A stretch of DNA of 64,000 nucleotides. Source: an uncultured Candidatus Melainabacteria bacterium. GTDB taxonomy: Bacteria; Cyanobacteriota; Vampirovibrionia; Gastranaerophilales; Gastranaerophilaceae. Below the pieces are notes generated by a model, which did no database searches, was not told the origin of the DNA, and saw nothing but the letters and a program-made list of their open reading frames with translations. Below, one piece after another: positions 15,886-25,059 of this stretch (its first letter is position 1; each line of letters starts with the position of its first letter). The translations under genes and the position numbers were made by a program. The stretch lies in assembly GCA_934700335.1 (NCBI GenBank), contig CAKUXM010000006.1:24165-88164 (forward strand). Reading direction: 5' to 3'.

Positions 15886-17658
15886 ATGGAAAAGAATGCA
15901 GAAAACTTACATATTTTAAGACACTCTTGTTCTCACATTATGGCTCAGGCTGTTCAAAGCTTATTTCCACAAGCTAAATTAGCTATTGGTCCAGCTGTTG
16001 ATAACGGTTTTTATTACGATTTTGATTTGACAGATGGATATTCTTTTACCCATGAAGATTTGGAAAAAATCGAAAATAAAATGAAAGAAATTTTAAAACA
16101 AAATCTGACTTTTGAAAAATATGAAATTGAAGACGTAGATGCTAAAATTGCTGAATTTAAAGCAGAAGGCGAAATATACAAAGCTGAACTTTTAGAAGAA
16201 CATAAAAATGATAATCCTACTTTATATCTAACAAAGGATAAAGATGGAAATGTCTTATTCAACGACCTTTGTGCAGGTCCTCACGTGCCAAATACATCAT
16301 TTATCAAAGGTAACGCAATTAAATTATTAAAAGTTGCTGGTGCGTATTGGAGAGGTAATGAAAAAAACAAAATGCTTCAAAGAATTTATGCTACAGCATT
16401 TTGGAATAAAGAAGATTTAGCAGATTATCTTCATATGCTTGAAGAGGCTGAAAAACGTGATCATAGAAAACTTGGCACACAACTAGATTTATTCTCTGTC
16501 AGAGAAGAAATCGGTGGTGGTTTGGTTTTATGGCACCCAAATCTTTACACAGTAAGAGAAGAAATTGAAAATTACTGGAGAACAGAACACAGAAAAAGAG
16601 GTTACGTTATCGTACAAACACCTCAACTTGCTAAATCAAAACTTTGGGAATTGTCTGGACATATTGACCATTACAAGGAAAACATGTTCTTTATCCAAAA
16701 AGATAGTGAAGATGATGAACAATACATTGTTAAACCAATGAACTGTCCTTTCCATATTTTAATTTACCAATCTCAAAGACATTCATACAGAGATTTACCT
16801 TTAAGAATGGCAGAATTAGGAACAGTTTACAGAAGAGAAAAATCAGGTGCTTTATCTGGTTTAACTCGTGTACAAGGCTTTACACAAGATGATGCTCACA
16901 TTTTCTGTACACCAGAACAATTAGTTGATGAAATCAATAATATTATTGATTTTGTATCAGATACAATGGCTATTTTCAAAATGGGATTTGAAGTTGAGTT
17001 ATCAACAAGACCTGAAAGCTATGTTGGTTCTTTGGAAAACTGGGAACTAGCGGAAAAGGGTTTGAGAGAAGCAATGGACAAACGTGGTATGAAATATGAC
17101 GTAAACGAAGGCGATGGCGCATTCTACGGTCCAAAAATTGACTTCAAAGTTAAAGATGCTATCGGTAGAACATGGCAATGTGCTACAATCCAATTAGACT
17201 TTAACTTACCGGAAAGATTTGAAATTAAATACCAAGACAAAGACGGTCAATTAAAAACTCCTGTAATGTTACATAGAGTTATCTTTGGTTCAATGGAAAG
17301 ATTTCATGGTATCTTAATTGAACACTATGCAGGTGCATTCCCACTATGGTTAGCCCCTACACAAGTTTCTGTTGTACCTATTTCAAACGAAAAACACATT
17401 GATTTCGCTGAAAAAGTTTATAATAAACTTAGAGATTTAGGTATTAGAGCATACTTAGATGACCGTTCAGAAAGTATGAACTACAGAATTAGAGAAAACT
17501 TACAAGATAAAAAAGTTCCTTATGTGGCTGTAATTGGGGACAAGGAAATTGAAGCAAATTCAGTTGCAGTAAGACAAAGAGGTGTTGGTCAAATCGGTAC
17601 AATGACTGTTGATGAATTTGTAGAAAAATTATTAGAAGAAATTAAAACAAAAGCGTAG
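15886..17658 (+). CDS. thrS: threonine--tRNA ligase (no N-terminal TGS domain)
   Basis: Starts at the editing-domain motif (LRHSCSHIMAQAV), then a class II catalytic core and anticodon-binding domain. 590 aa. Upstream extended -10 TGCTATAAT at 15812-15820. Confidence 0.95.
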   Translation: MEKNAENLHILRHSCSHIMAQAVQSLFPQAKLAIGPAVDNGFYYDFDLTDGYSFTHEDLEKIENKMKEILKQNLTFEKYEIEDVDAKIAEFKAEGEIYKAELLEEHKNDNPTLYLTKDKDGNVLFNDLCAGPHVPNTSFIKGNAIKLLKVAGAYWRGNEKNKMLQRIYATAFWNKEDLADYLHMLEEAEKRDHRKLGTQLDLFSVREEIGGGLVLWHPNLYTVREEIENYWRTEHRKRGYVIVQTPQLAKSKLWELSGHIDHYKENMFFIQKDSEDDEQYIVKPMNCPFHILIYQSQRHSYRDLPLRMAELGTVYRREKSGALSGLTRVQGFTQDDAHIFCTPEQLVDEINNIIDFVSDTMAIFKMGFEVELSTRPESYVGSLENWELAEKGLREAMDKRGMKYDVNEGDGAFYGPKIDFKVKDAIGRTWQCATIQLDFNLPERFEIKYQDKDGQLKTPVMLHRVIFGSMERFHGILIEHYAGAFPLWLAPTQVSVVPISNEKHIDFAEKVYNKLRDLGIRAYLDDRSESMNYRIRENLQDKKVPYVAVIGDKEIEANSVAVRQRGVGQIGTMTVDEFVEKLLEEIKTKA

Positions 17659-17671
17659 GAAAGAAGGAAAA

Positions 17672-19135
17672 ATGGAAGAAATAAGAGTTCGTATAGCACC
17701 ATCTCCAAGTGGTAACTTGCATGTAGGTACAGCTAGAACAGCATTATTCAATTACTTATTTGCTAAAAAAAATAATGGTAAATTTGTTTTAAGAATTGAA
17801 GATACAGATGCTGAACGTACTAGCCAAGCATATATTGATAATATTTTCGATAGTTTAAAAGCTTTAGGCTTGAACTGGGACGAAGGTCCAGATGTTGGAG
17901 GTCCTTATGGTCCTTATACTCAATCTGAAAGATTTGATATTTATCCAAAATACGTTCAAGAACTTTTAGATAAAGGTTTTGCTTATGAATGTTTCTGCAC
18001 TCCAGAAGAACTTGAAGCAGAAAAAGAAGAAGCTACAAAAAATAAAAAAGCTTATGTATATTCTAAAAAATGTGAAAGTTTAACTGAAGAAGAAAAAGCC
18101 AAGTTAAGAGCTGAAGGCAGAAAACCAGCAATCAGATTTTCTGTAGAAAAAGCTCAAAAAGCTTTCCATGATTCACCAATTATTCACTTTGAAGACCTTG
18201 TAAAAGGAGATTTACACCAAGATACAAGTTTGATTGGTGATTTTGTAATTATGAAGTCAAATGGTTCACCTACTTACAATTTCGCTGTTGTAATTGATGA
18301 TATGTTGATGAAAATTTCTCATATTATTCGTGGTGAAGACCATATTTCAAACACATTTAAACAAATTTTAATTTATGAAGCATTAGGCGCAGAAGTTCCT
18401 AAATTCGGTCATTTAGGTATGATTTTAGCACCTGATAGAAGCAAATTATCAAAACGTCATGGTGCAACTGCTGTTTCTGAATTCGTAGAAAAAGGTTATT
18501 TAACAGATGCGTTGATTAACTTTGTAGCACTTTTAGGTTGGGCACCTTCAGACGGCGTTGAAATTAAAACAGTTGATGAAATCGCAGCTGATTTTAGAAT
18601 TAATGAAGTTTCATCTTCAAATTCAATTTTCGAATATGATAAATTAAATTGGATGAACAGCCATTATATCAAAATGTTAGATATTGAAGATTTGAAAGAA
18701 AGATTAAAACCTTTCTTAACTAAATATGATTTGTCATCAATGACTGATGAACAATATACAAAAATGGTTGAAATTACTCGTGAACCATTAACATTGTTAT
18801 CAGATATTACTAATGATGTTGCATATTTCTTTGGCAAAGATGTTGAAATTGACCCTCAAGTACAAGCAGATGTACTTGATACAGAAACATCACAAGAAGT
18901 TCTAAAAACTTTTGTTGAACAAGCAAAAGATTGGGAATGGACAGAAGAAAATTTGCACGAAAAATTAGAACAATTTAGAGGTTTCTATAAAGAAAAAGGT
19001 ATTAAACCAAAAGTTACAATGTGGGCAATTAGAGCCGCTGTAACAGGTAGAACACGTGGTGCTGATATGGTTGGAACACTTGTTGTACTTGGTAAAGAAA
19101 CATCACTTTATAGAGCACAAAAGGCTATTAAGTAA
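17672..19135 (+). CDS. gltX: glutamate--tRNA ligase
   Basis: HIGH-type motif PSPSGNLHVGTAR and KLSKR (KMSKS) motif. 487 aa. Confidence 0.95.
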   Translation: MEEIRVRIAPSPSGNLHVGTARTALFNYLFAKKNNGKFVLRIEDTDAERTSQAYIDNIFDSLKALGLNWDEGPDVGGPYGPYTQSERFDIYPKYVQELLDKGFAYECFCTPEELEAEKEEATKNKKAYVYSKKCESLTEEEKAKLRAEGRKPAIRFSVEKAQKAFHDSPIIHFEDLVKGDLHQDTSLIGDFVIMKSNGSPTYNFAVVIDDMLMKISHIIRGEDHISNTFKQILIYEALGAEVPKFGHLGMILAPDRSKLSKRHGATAVSEFVEKGYLTDALINFVALLGWAPSDGVEIKTVDEIAADFRINEVSSSNSIFEYDKLNWMNSHYIKMLDIEDLKERLKPFLTKYDLSSMTDEQYTKMVEITREPLTLLSDITNDVAYFFGKDVEIDPQVQADVLDTETSQEVLKTFVEQAKDWEWTEENLHEKLEQFRGFYKEKGIKPKVTMWAIRAAVTGRTRGADMVGTLVVLGKETSLYRAQKAIK

Positions 19136-19163
19136 AATATTTAATTGTAAATACATTAACATT

Positions 19164-19206
19164 AAACGAAGAGAGGTAAAACTTATAGTTTTACCTCTCT
19201 TCGTTT
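19164..19206 (+). terminator. hairpin terminator after gltX
   Basis: 19-bp stem AAACGAAGAGAGGTAAAAC / GTTTTACCTCTCTTCGTTT with a 5-nt loop. Confidence 0.65.
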
Positions 19207-19363
19207 GTTATCTTTACAAATAAAATACTGTCATGCTGAGCTTGACAAAGCGAACAGTTGAGCTGTAGCGAAACTTGAGAGCCTGTCTCCGTAGTTGACT
19301 TTAAGCCGTTAGGCATATTATCTAAATTTAATGCCTTACGGATAAAAGGAAACGTAGTGTAAC

Positions 19364-19433
19364 TTAGCATCTGACTAACGAACGATTTATCCATTTTGCA
19401 ACTTCAGATTCCATATCTAGCACTGAATGACAA
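19364..19433 (-). repeat. 70-nt interspersed repeat, copy C (inverted orientation)
   Basis: The reverse complement reads TTGTCATTCAGTGCTAGATATGGAATCTGAAGTTGCAAAATGGATAAATCGTTCGTTAGTCAGATGCTAA, about 81 percent identical to copy A. Confidence 0.8.
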
Positions 19434-19533
19434 TTACTGTTCACTTGTCTAAAATACTGTATGCCCAACCTACGGATTAAAAATTTATAATCTTAAATTA
19501 TACTTCCTTTAGATTTTTAAAGGAGGAAATTTT

Positions 19534-19824
19534 ATGAAGGAACTTAAAAAACGTATTATTGATTTATGCGAGGTAAATAATTCTAGTCAAATTACATTGA
19601 TTACTTCAAACCTTAAAATTGACGGTAATTTTGAGCATTGCTTGCCAAAATGCAAAGGCGAAAGTGATGAATTGATTGCACTTTCTGATGCTGTTGTTTG
19701 TAGAATAAATGATTATTGTACTTGCGAAGATGATGAATGTACTTGTAATGATTATGTTTGTTTTAAATTCCAATGGTTAAATGTGAATACTAATAAGATT
19801 GTGGCTTTTAGTATCTTGAAATAG
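19534..19824 (+). CDS. small Cys-rich hypothetical protein (96 aa)
   Basis: AAAGGAGG SD 7 nt before the ATG. Ten Cys, including CTCEDDECTCNDYVC. No family recognised. Confidence 0.6.
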   Translation: MKELKKRIIDLCEVNNSSQITLITSNLKIDGNFEHCLPKCKGESDELIALSDAVVCRINDYCTCEDDECTCNDYVCFKFQWLNVNTNKIVAFSILK

Positions 19825-19830
19825 TGAATG

Positions 19831-20113
19831 GTGAATAGTGAGTAGAACTATGTCATTGCGAACGAATGTGAAGCAATACAAAAAAGCAGATATTTAGATT
19901 GCTTCGTCGTATTCACTCCTCGCAATGACATGATTCTCTTTGCCCTCGCCCAATACTGGGAGAGGGCAAAGGTGAGTGTTCACTCCAATTATTATAAATA
20001 TTTGTCATTTCGTGCTCGACACGGGATCTGAGGTTGCTGAATGGATAATACGGTCGTTGGTCAGATGCTGAGTCATCTTACTCGTTCGCATCACACGGCA
20101 ATTCACTATTCAC
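19831..20113. repeat. composite palindromic repeat cluster B bounded by the same 13-nt inverted termini as cluster A
   Basis: GTGAATAGTGAGT at 19831-19843 and ATTCACTATTCAC at 20101-20113 (rc, 1 mismatch). The interior holds the palindrome TGTCATTGCG ... CGCAATGACA (19851-19930), the hairpin CTTTGCCCTC/GAGGGCAAAG (19938-19971) and 70-nt repeat copy B. Confidence 0.7.
20002..20071 (+). repeat. 70-nt interspersed repeat, copy B
   Basis: 64/70 identical to copy A. Two substitutions in the hairpin arm give G-T pairs on this strand only. Confidence 0.85.
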
Positions 20114-20129
20114 TAATGTCTACTCACTA

Positions 20130-20726
20130 TTATAGTTCGTGTCTGCCTTCAATTGCTTTTGCAAGGGTAACTTCGTCTGCGTATTCCAAATCTGTTCCTA
20201 CAGGCAAGCCGAATGCAATTCTTGAAATTTTTATATTAAAAGGTTTGATTAATCTTGAAAGATATAAGCTTGTAGCTTCGCCCTCTACAGAAGGTGAAAG
20301 AGCTAGAATAACTTCTGTAACTTCTTCATTTGTAAGACGAGTCAAAAGTTCTTTAATTCTAATATCTTCTGCGCCAATGCCGTCAATTGGTGAAATTAAA
20401 CCTTGTAGAACGTGATACAAGCCTTTGTATTCATTTGTTTTTTCAATTGCAATTAAGTCTTTTGTCTCTGCAACAACGCAGATAGTAGTTCTTTCTCTGT
20501 TTGTTGAAGAGCAAATTTCGCAAGGGCTTGTTGATGATAGGTTAAAACAAATTTCACAAGCCTTTGTCTTTTCTTTCGCTTCAATCATTGCATTAGCAAA
20601 TTTTTCAACTTCGCTCATTGGCATTTTTAACATGTAAAAAGCCAATCTTTGTGCTGATTTTGGACCTATTGAAGGTAATTTTTGAAAATATTCAATTAAT
20701 GTTGCAATTGATTTAGGATAAATCAT
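20130..20726 (-). CDS. recR: recombination protein RecR
   Basis: Cys4 zinc finger [16 protein letters not shown], a Toprim-like region, 198 aa, preceded by ybaB. Confidence 0.95.
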   Translation of the reverse strand: MIYPKSIATLIEYFQKLPSIGPKSAQRLAFYMLKMPMSEVEKFANAMIEAKEKTKACEICFNLSSTSPCEICSSTNRERTTICVVAETKDLIAIEKTNEYKGLYHVLQGLISPIDGIGAEDIRIKELLTRLTNEEVTEVILALSPSVEGEATSLYLSRLIKPFNIKISRIAFGLPVGTDLEYADEVTLAKAIEGRHEL

Positions 20727-21058
20727 TAGAATAGTCCTGGAATACTGATACCACCAGTAATAGCTTTCATTTTAGCTTCCATTTTTGATGAGGCTTGTTC
20801 AGTTGCTTGTTTAATAGCTGTTGTGATTAAGTCTTCTAACATTTCAACTGAATCTTCATCTACAGAGTCTGGATTTTCAGCATTGATAGCTTCTTTTGAA
20901 AGTTTAATTGCTTTAAATTGGGCTTTACCGTCTAAAGTTACTTTTACAGCACCGTTTTGAACTTCTACTGTAATTTCTTCATTAGCTAATTCGTTTTGAG
21001 TTTCTTGCAACTTTTTTTGAATTGTTTGAGCTTTTTTCATCATACCCATTATATCCAT
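20726..21058 (-). CDS. ybaB: YbaB/EbfC-family nucleoid-associated protein
   Basis: 110 aa with an N-terminal [14 protein letters not shown] pattern. Conserved ybaB-recR gene pair. Confidence 0.9.
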   Translation of the reverse strand: MDIMGMMKKAQTIQKKLQETQNELANEEITVEVQNGAVKVTLDGKAQFKAIKLSKEAINAENPDSVDEDSVEMLEDLITTAIKQATEQASSKMEAKMKAITGGISIPGLF

Positions 21059-21112
21059 ATTAAAAATCTCCTCATTTTGGTTTTTGTCGCTTTTTTATTA
21101 TACAATAAAGTT

Positions 21113-21919
21113 ATGAATTACAACACTTATTTAGCAGAAAGTTTTAAAAACGGTCAGTTAATGAGATGGACATACATGCCACTTGTTGTATTTATTGCGC
21201 CGATGAATTTTTATTCAAAACAAGGTCAAGATTACAAATATAAAAATATGGTAATCAAAGCTCTTGAAACTTGGCAAAGAGCATCAGCGGGGCAAGTTCA
21301 AATTAGATTGGCAGAAGATTTGTTGTCTTCAAATGTTAATGTTGAATGGCGCAGAGTTGATAGAAAAGCTCTAGGTCATTGTTTATTTAATTATGATAAT
21401 CAAAATAGATTATTTAGTGCAGAGGTTTCAATTGGTTTGTCTGACGGGGTTATACACCAACAATATATGTCAGATGATGAGGTTTATCACACAATTTTGC
21501 ACGAAATAGGGCATGCTTTAGGTTTAGGTCATAGCCCATATAAATCAGATATTATGTACACTCCGCACCAATATGGAATGGTAAATCTTTCTCAAAATGA
21601 CTGTGCATCTTTACAATGGTTATATAGATTGCCACAAGGTGCTACAGTAAACCAAATTGCAGCAAAATATGGTGTTGGCGGTTCAAGCATTGATGAAGTT
21701 ATAGCAAGAGTTGTTGAAAAAGGTTACAAATCTGAGTTTGAAAAAATAAAGGAAGGCATAAATATTGCACCTAAAAAAGATTTAATGGAAGAGCATTCTA
21801 ACATTGGGGATTTAAAAAAATATAACTTATCTTTACAAAATATACACCTTTCATCGCAAGTTACAAGCTATTTAACAGGACGTAAGATTGAAAATGTTCA
21901 CAAAGATGACCAAAAATAA
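21113..21919 (+). CDS. matrixin-like (metzincin) zinc metalloprotease
   Basis: HEIGHALGLGHS (HExxHxxGxxH) plus a downstream Met-turn-like DIMYT. The track ORF start at 20996 lies antisense inside ybaB, so the first internal ATG at 21113 is used. Confidence 0.75.
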   Translation: MNYNTYLAESFKNGQLMRWTYMPLVVFIAPMNFYSKQGQDYKYKNMVIKALETWQRASAGQVQIRLAEDLLSSNVNVEWRRVDRKALGHCLFNYDNQNRLFSAEVSIGLSDGVIHQQYMSDDEVYHTILHEIGHALGLGHSPYKSDIMYTPHQYGMVNLSQNDCASLQWLYRLPQGATVNQIAAKYGVGGSSIDEVIARVVEKGYKSEFEKIKEGINIAPKKDLMEEHSNIGDLKKYNLSLQNIHLSSQVTSYLTGRKIENVHKDDQK

Positions 21920-22117
21920 TTTTACGTGTATAATGTATTTTGTAAAATAAAAATAATTACAAATGAATATAATAAAAAACCTTATATATATAATAAAAGA
22001 ACATATTTTTAACAAAAAAGCTTATGGAAATAAGCTTAGTATGTGTGCTATTTTGTTAGAAGAAGAAAATAGAAAATAGTTCTAAAAGTTATTACATAAG
22101 GTCATAAGGAAACAAAT

Positions 22118-22984
22118 ATGACAATACAAGATTGGTTTGATAAAAGAAAAGAAGCTCAACTTGAAAGACGTAAAACTGAAGGTAGAGTTGAGGAAGATAA
22201 CAGTCCAAGCCTTTGGACAAAGTGCGTTCACTGTGATGCACAAATTTTGAAAACAGATTTAGAATCAAACGACATGGTTTGTCCAGTTTGCGAATATCAC
22301 TTTAGAATAAACGCAAGAACAAGAATTAAACAATTGTTCGACGAAGGCACATTTGAAGAATTATTCTCAAATATTAAACCTACAGACCCATTAGAATTTA
22401 CTGATACTGAGCCTTACAAAAACAGACTAGAAGCTGCTCAAAAGAAAACAAATTTGAACGATGCTGTTGTAACTGGTGTTGGTGAAATTGAAGGTCATAA
22501 ATTGGCTGTAGCGATTATGGATTTTGATTTTATGGGTGGTTCAATGGGAAGTACCGTTGGTGAAAAAATTGCCAAAATCATGGAAGAAGCTATTGAAAGA
22601 AAGATTCCAGTAATGGTAGTAACTTCATCTGGTGGTGCAAGAATGCAAGAAAGCGCTTTGAGTTTAATGCAAATGGCTAAAACTTCTTGTGCAGTTGCAA
22701 GATTAGATGAAGAAGGTATCTTGTATTTATGCTTGTTAACAGAACCTACATTTGGCGGTGTTACAGCAAGTTTTGGTACTCTAGGTGATATCATTATTGC
22801 AGAAAAGAATGCAAGAATTGGTTTTGCAGGCAGACGTGTTATTGAACAAACAATTCGTCAAAAATTACCGTCAGATTTCCAAACAGCGGAATACTTGCTT
22901 AAAAATGGTCAAGTTGATGTAATTTCTGCAAGAAAAGATTTGAGAAAAAATATTGCTAATATTTTAGCTCTTCATAAGTTATAA
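22118..22984 (+). CDS. accD: acetyl-CoA carboxylase carboxyltransferase beta subunit
   Basis: N-terminal zinc ribbon CVHCDAQ...CPVCEYH, a carboxyltransferase domain, followed by accA. Confidence 0.95.
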   Translation: MTIQDWFDKRKEAQLERRKTEGRVEEDNSPSLWTKCVHCDAQILKTDLESNDMVCPVCEYHFRINARTRIKQLFDEGTFEELFSNIKPTDPLEFTDTEPYKNRLEAAQKKTNLNDAVVTGVGEIEGHKLAVAIMDFDFMGGSMGSTVGEKIAKIMEEAIERKIPVMVVTSSGGARMQESALSLMQMAKTSCAVARLDEEGILYLCLLTEPTFGGVTASFGTLGDIIIAEKNARIGFAGRRVIEQTIRQKLPSDFQTAEYLLKNGQVDVISARKDLRKNIANILALHKL

Positions 22985-23008
22985 GTTTTATAAGAAAGTG
23001 TCGGTGCT

Positions 23009-23959
23009 ATGACAGTTTTAAAATTTGAAAAAAATATAATGGATATAAAAGAAAAAATTAAAGAATTACAAGAATTAAGTTCGGAGTCAGGAATGAATTT
23101 AGATAAAGAAATTGAATCTTTTGAACAACAGGCAAAAGATTATCAAAACGAAATATATTCACATCTATCAATTGAGGATAAATTGCAAATCGCAAGACAT
23201 TCAGATAGACCAAATTTCTTAGAATATATGGACTTGATGTGCGAAGACTTTATTGAATTACATGGCGATAGAATGGGTTGTGATGACAGAGCAATCATTG
23301 GAGGTTTGGCTAAATTAGATGGTAAGCCAATAATGTTTGTTGGTACACAAAAAGGTAAAAATACAAAAGAAAATCTTGAACACAATTTTGGTATGCCACA
23401 ACCACAAGGTTACAGAAAAGCCTTGAGATTATTTGAACATGCAAGTAAATTTAATATTCCAATTGTTACTCTAATTGACACACCAGGGGCATATCCAGGG
23501 GTAAGCGCAGAAGCAACTGGTCAAGGTATTGCGATTGCAACAAACTTACGTGATATGGCAAAATTGAAAGTTCCAGTAATTGCTATTATTACCGGTGAAG
23601 GTTGTAGTGGTGGGGCTTTAGGTCTTGCTGTTGCAAACGAAGTTTTAATGCTTGAATATGCTTATTATACAGTTATTTCACCAGAAGGTTGTGCTTCAAT
23701 TCTTTGGAGAGATTCTTCTCTTGCTGCAACTGCTGCAGAAGCTTTGAAAATTTCTTCTGAAGACTTGCTTCACTTAGGTATCATTGACGGTATTGTTAAA
23801 GAACCTTTGGGCGGTGCTCATACAAATCACCAAGAAATGGCTGATAATTTAAAACACAGTATTTTAGAAAGTTTGAAAAAATATTCTAAAATGTCAGCTT
23901 CTAAATTGAGAGAACAAAGATATAACAAATACAGAGTTATGGGTGAATGCGTTGAATAA
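23009..23959 (+). CDS. accA: acetyl-CoA carboxylase carboxyltransferase alpha subunit
   Basis: Typical AccA sequence (RPNFLEY...IDTPGAYPG...GEGCSGGALG). 316 aa. Confidence 0.95.
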   Translation: MTVLKFEKNIMDIKEKIKELQELSSESGMNLDKEIESFEQQAKDYQNEIYSHLSIEDKLQIARHSDRPNFLEYMDLMCEDFIELHGDRMGCDDRAIIGGLAKLDGKPIMFVGTQKGKNTKENLEHNFGMPQPQGYRKALRLFEHASKFNIPIVTLIDTPGAYPGVSAEATGQGIAIATNLRDMAKLKVPVIAIITGEGCSGGALGLAVANEVLMLEYAYYTVISPEGCASILWRDSSLAATAAEALKISSEDLLHLGIIDGIVKEPLGGAHTNHQEMADNLKHSILESLKKYSKMSASKLREQRYNKYRVMGECVE

Positions 23960-24851
23960 TCAAGAGCAATATTACGAACTAAGATTTGTTATTAATCCAG
24001 AAATGGAAGAAGAAATTTCAAATATGTGTTTTGAAACTTTTGATTGTGATGGTGTAATCCTTGAAGAGGAAGCTTTTAAAGATTTAGAAATGATTTCCAC
24101 AACAAAAGGAACTTTGAAGGCTTTTATTAAAGATAATGAAAATATTGCAGAAAGATTACAATCTGCTCGTGAAATGATGCTTGCGAGAGGTTTTTCAGAA
24201 GATGATTTAGGCAGTTGGAATTTTACAATTACGAAAATTGAAAATGAAGATTGGTCTAGAAAATGGAAAGAAAAATGGGACGTAACTCACGTAACTGATA
24301 GGATTACAGTAGTTCCTACGTGGATTGAATACACACCAAAAGAAGGCGAAGTTATTATTAAACTTGACCCAGGATGTGCTTTTGGTACGGGGACTCACCA
24401 AACAACTCAACTTTGTATGAAAGCTTTGGAAAAATATATGCCAAAGGGTGCAGAAGTTGCAGATATTGGCATGGGCTCTGGGATTTTAGCAATTTTGGCT
24501 AAAAAACTAGGTGCTACAAAAATTTATGGCTGTGATAATGATGAAACAGTTATTCAAACAGCTATTGATAATGCTAAATTGAATGATTGCCCAGATGTTA
24601 CGTTTGAATTGAATACTGCGGATAAGATTAATGATAAATTTGATTTTATATGCGCAAATATTTTACACAATGTTTTGTTTGAAATTATGGGTGATTTGAA
24701 AAATATCATGAAAGATAATGCTTATTTATCATTGAGTGGTATTTTAGACGAGAAAAAACCGGTTGTACTTGAAGCAATTGAAAGAGAAAATTTAAAAATT
24801 GTTGAAGAAATTCACCAAAACCAATGGACTTCTTTTGTTGTTACAAAGTAG
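23943..24851 (+). CDS. prmA: ribosomal protein L11 methyltransferase
   Basis: PrmA architecture with the SAM motif DIGMGSGILA. 302 aa. Confidence 0.85.
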   Translation: MNALNNQEQYYELRFVINPEMEEEISNMCFETFDCDGVILEEEAFKDLEMISTTKGTLKAFIKDNENIAERLQSAREMMLARGFSEDDLGSWNFTITKIENEDWSRKWKEKWDVTHVTDRITVVPTWIEYTPKEGEVIIKLDPGCAFGTGTHQTTQLCMKALEKYMPKGAEVADIGMGSGILAILAKKLGATKIYGCDNDETVIQTAIDNAKLNDCPDVTFELNTADKINDKFDFICANILHNVLFEIMGDLKNIMKDNAYLSLSGILDEKKPVVLEAIERENLKIVEEIHQNQWTSFVVTK

Positions 24852-24867
24852 ATTAAAATGCAAAGTA

Positions 24868-24896
24868 TTGCGTAAAGTATAAACATACGTTATAAT
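24868..24896 (+). promoter_or_regulatory. near-consensus sigma70-type promoter facing into cassette T2
   Basis: TTGCGT 24868-24873, 17-nt spacer, TATAAT 24891-24896. The predicted start is about 24902-24904, inside the left inverted repeat. Confidence 0.6.
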
Positions 24897-24902
24897 AAGA
24901 GT

Positions 24903-25006
24903 ATAACAAGTGGCTTTTAGCGAAAGCTAAAATTTTACACCACATTGTTTGTTATTTATGGACTAGCGCTAGGACGGCAATCATAAGCGCTAGTTCCTGT
25001 TTATTG
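24903..25006 (+). ncRNA. candidate antisense RNA of cassette T2
   Basis: Would start at the promoter above and contains the hairpin TTTTAGC-GAAA-GCTAAAA (24914-24931). A 10-bp stem GGACTAGCGC/GCGCTAGTTCC (24960-24997) followed by TGTTTATTG is a possible 3' end. It is antisense to the 3' half of the peptide ORF. Confidence 0.3.
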
Positions 25007-25059
25007 AACAGAATTGCTATAATATAAAATATTACGGCTAGCGTTCTGATTTTGGTCAT
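24952..25059 (-). CDS. candidate small hydrophobic peptide (type I toxin-like), 35 aa
   Basis: GGAGGTG (rc of 25066-25072) is 6 nt before ATG 25059. Translates MTKIRTLAVIFYIIAILFNKQELALMIAVLALVHK and stops at 24952-24954. Two hydrophobic segments. Confidence 0.4.
   Translation of the reverse strand: MTKIRTLAVIFYIIAILFNKQELALMIAVLALVHK

Noticed and set aside
19191-20415. Track ORFs 19191..19394 (-) and 20041..20415 (+), starting MDKSFVSQML / MDNTVVGQML. A third mini-ORF, MDNAVVGQILK, lies at 7064-7099.
   Set aside because: All three start inside copies of the 70-nt repeat (the ATGGATAA... part), so the shared peptide is a by-product of the repeat. 20041..20415 also runs antisense through recR. 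No SD is present.
20996-21112. N-terminal extensions of track ORFs. These are 20996 for the metalloprotease, 35251 for nucleotidase 1, 35244 for the transketolase subunit and 29717 for L35. Also 56593 for the DUF1858-like gene, 25750 for yqeG, 40753 and 41172 for GNAT and C_GCAxxG, and 47812 for proS.
   Set aside because: The extensions overlap neighbouring genes or promoters, are hydrophobic or low-complexity, and lack SDs. Internal ATGs with an SD and homology-consistent N-termini were used instead.
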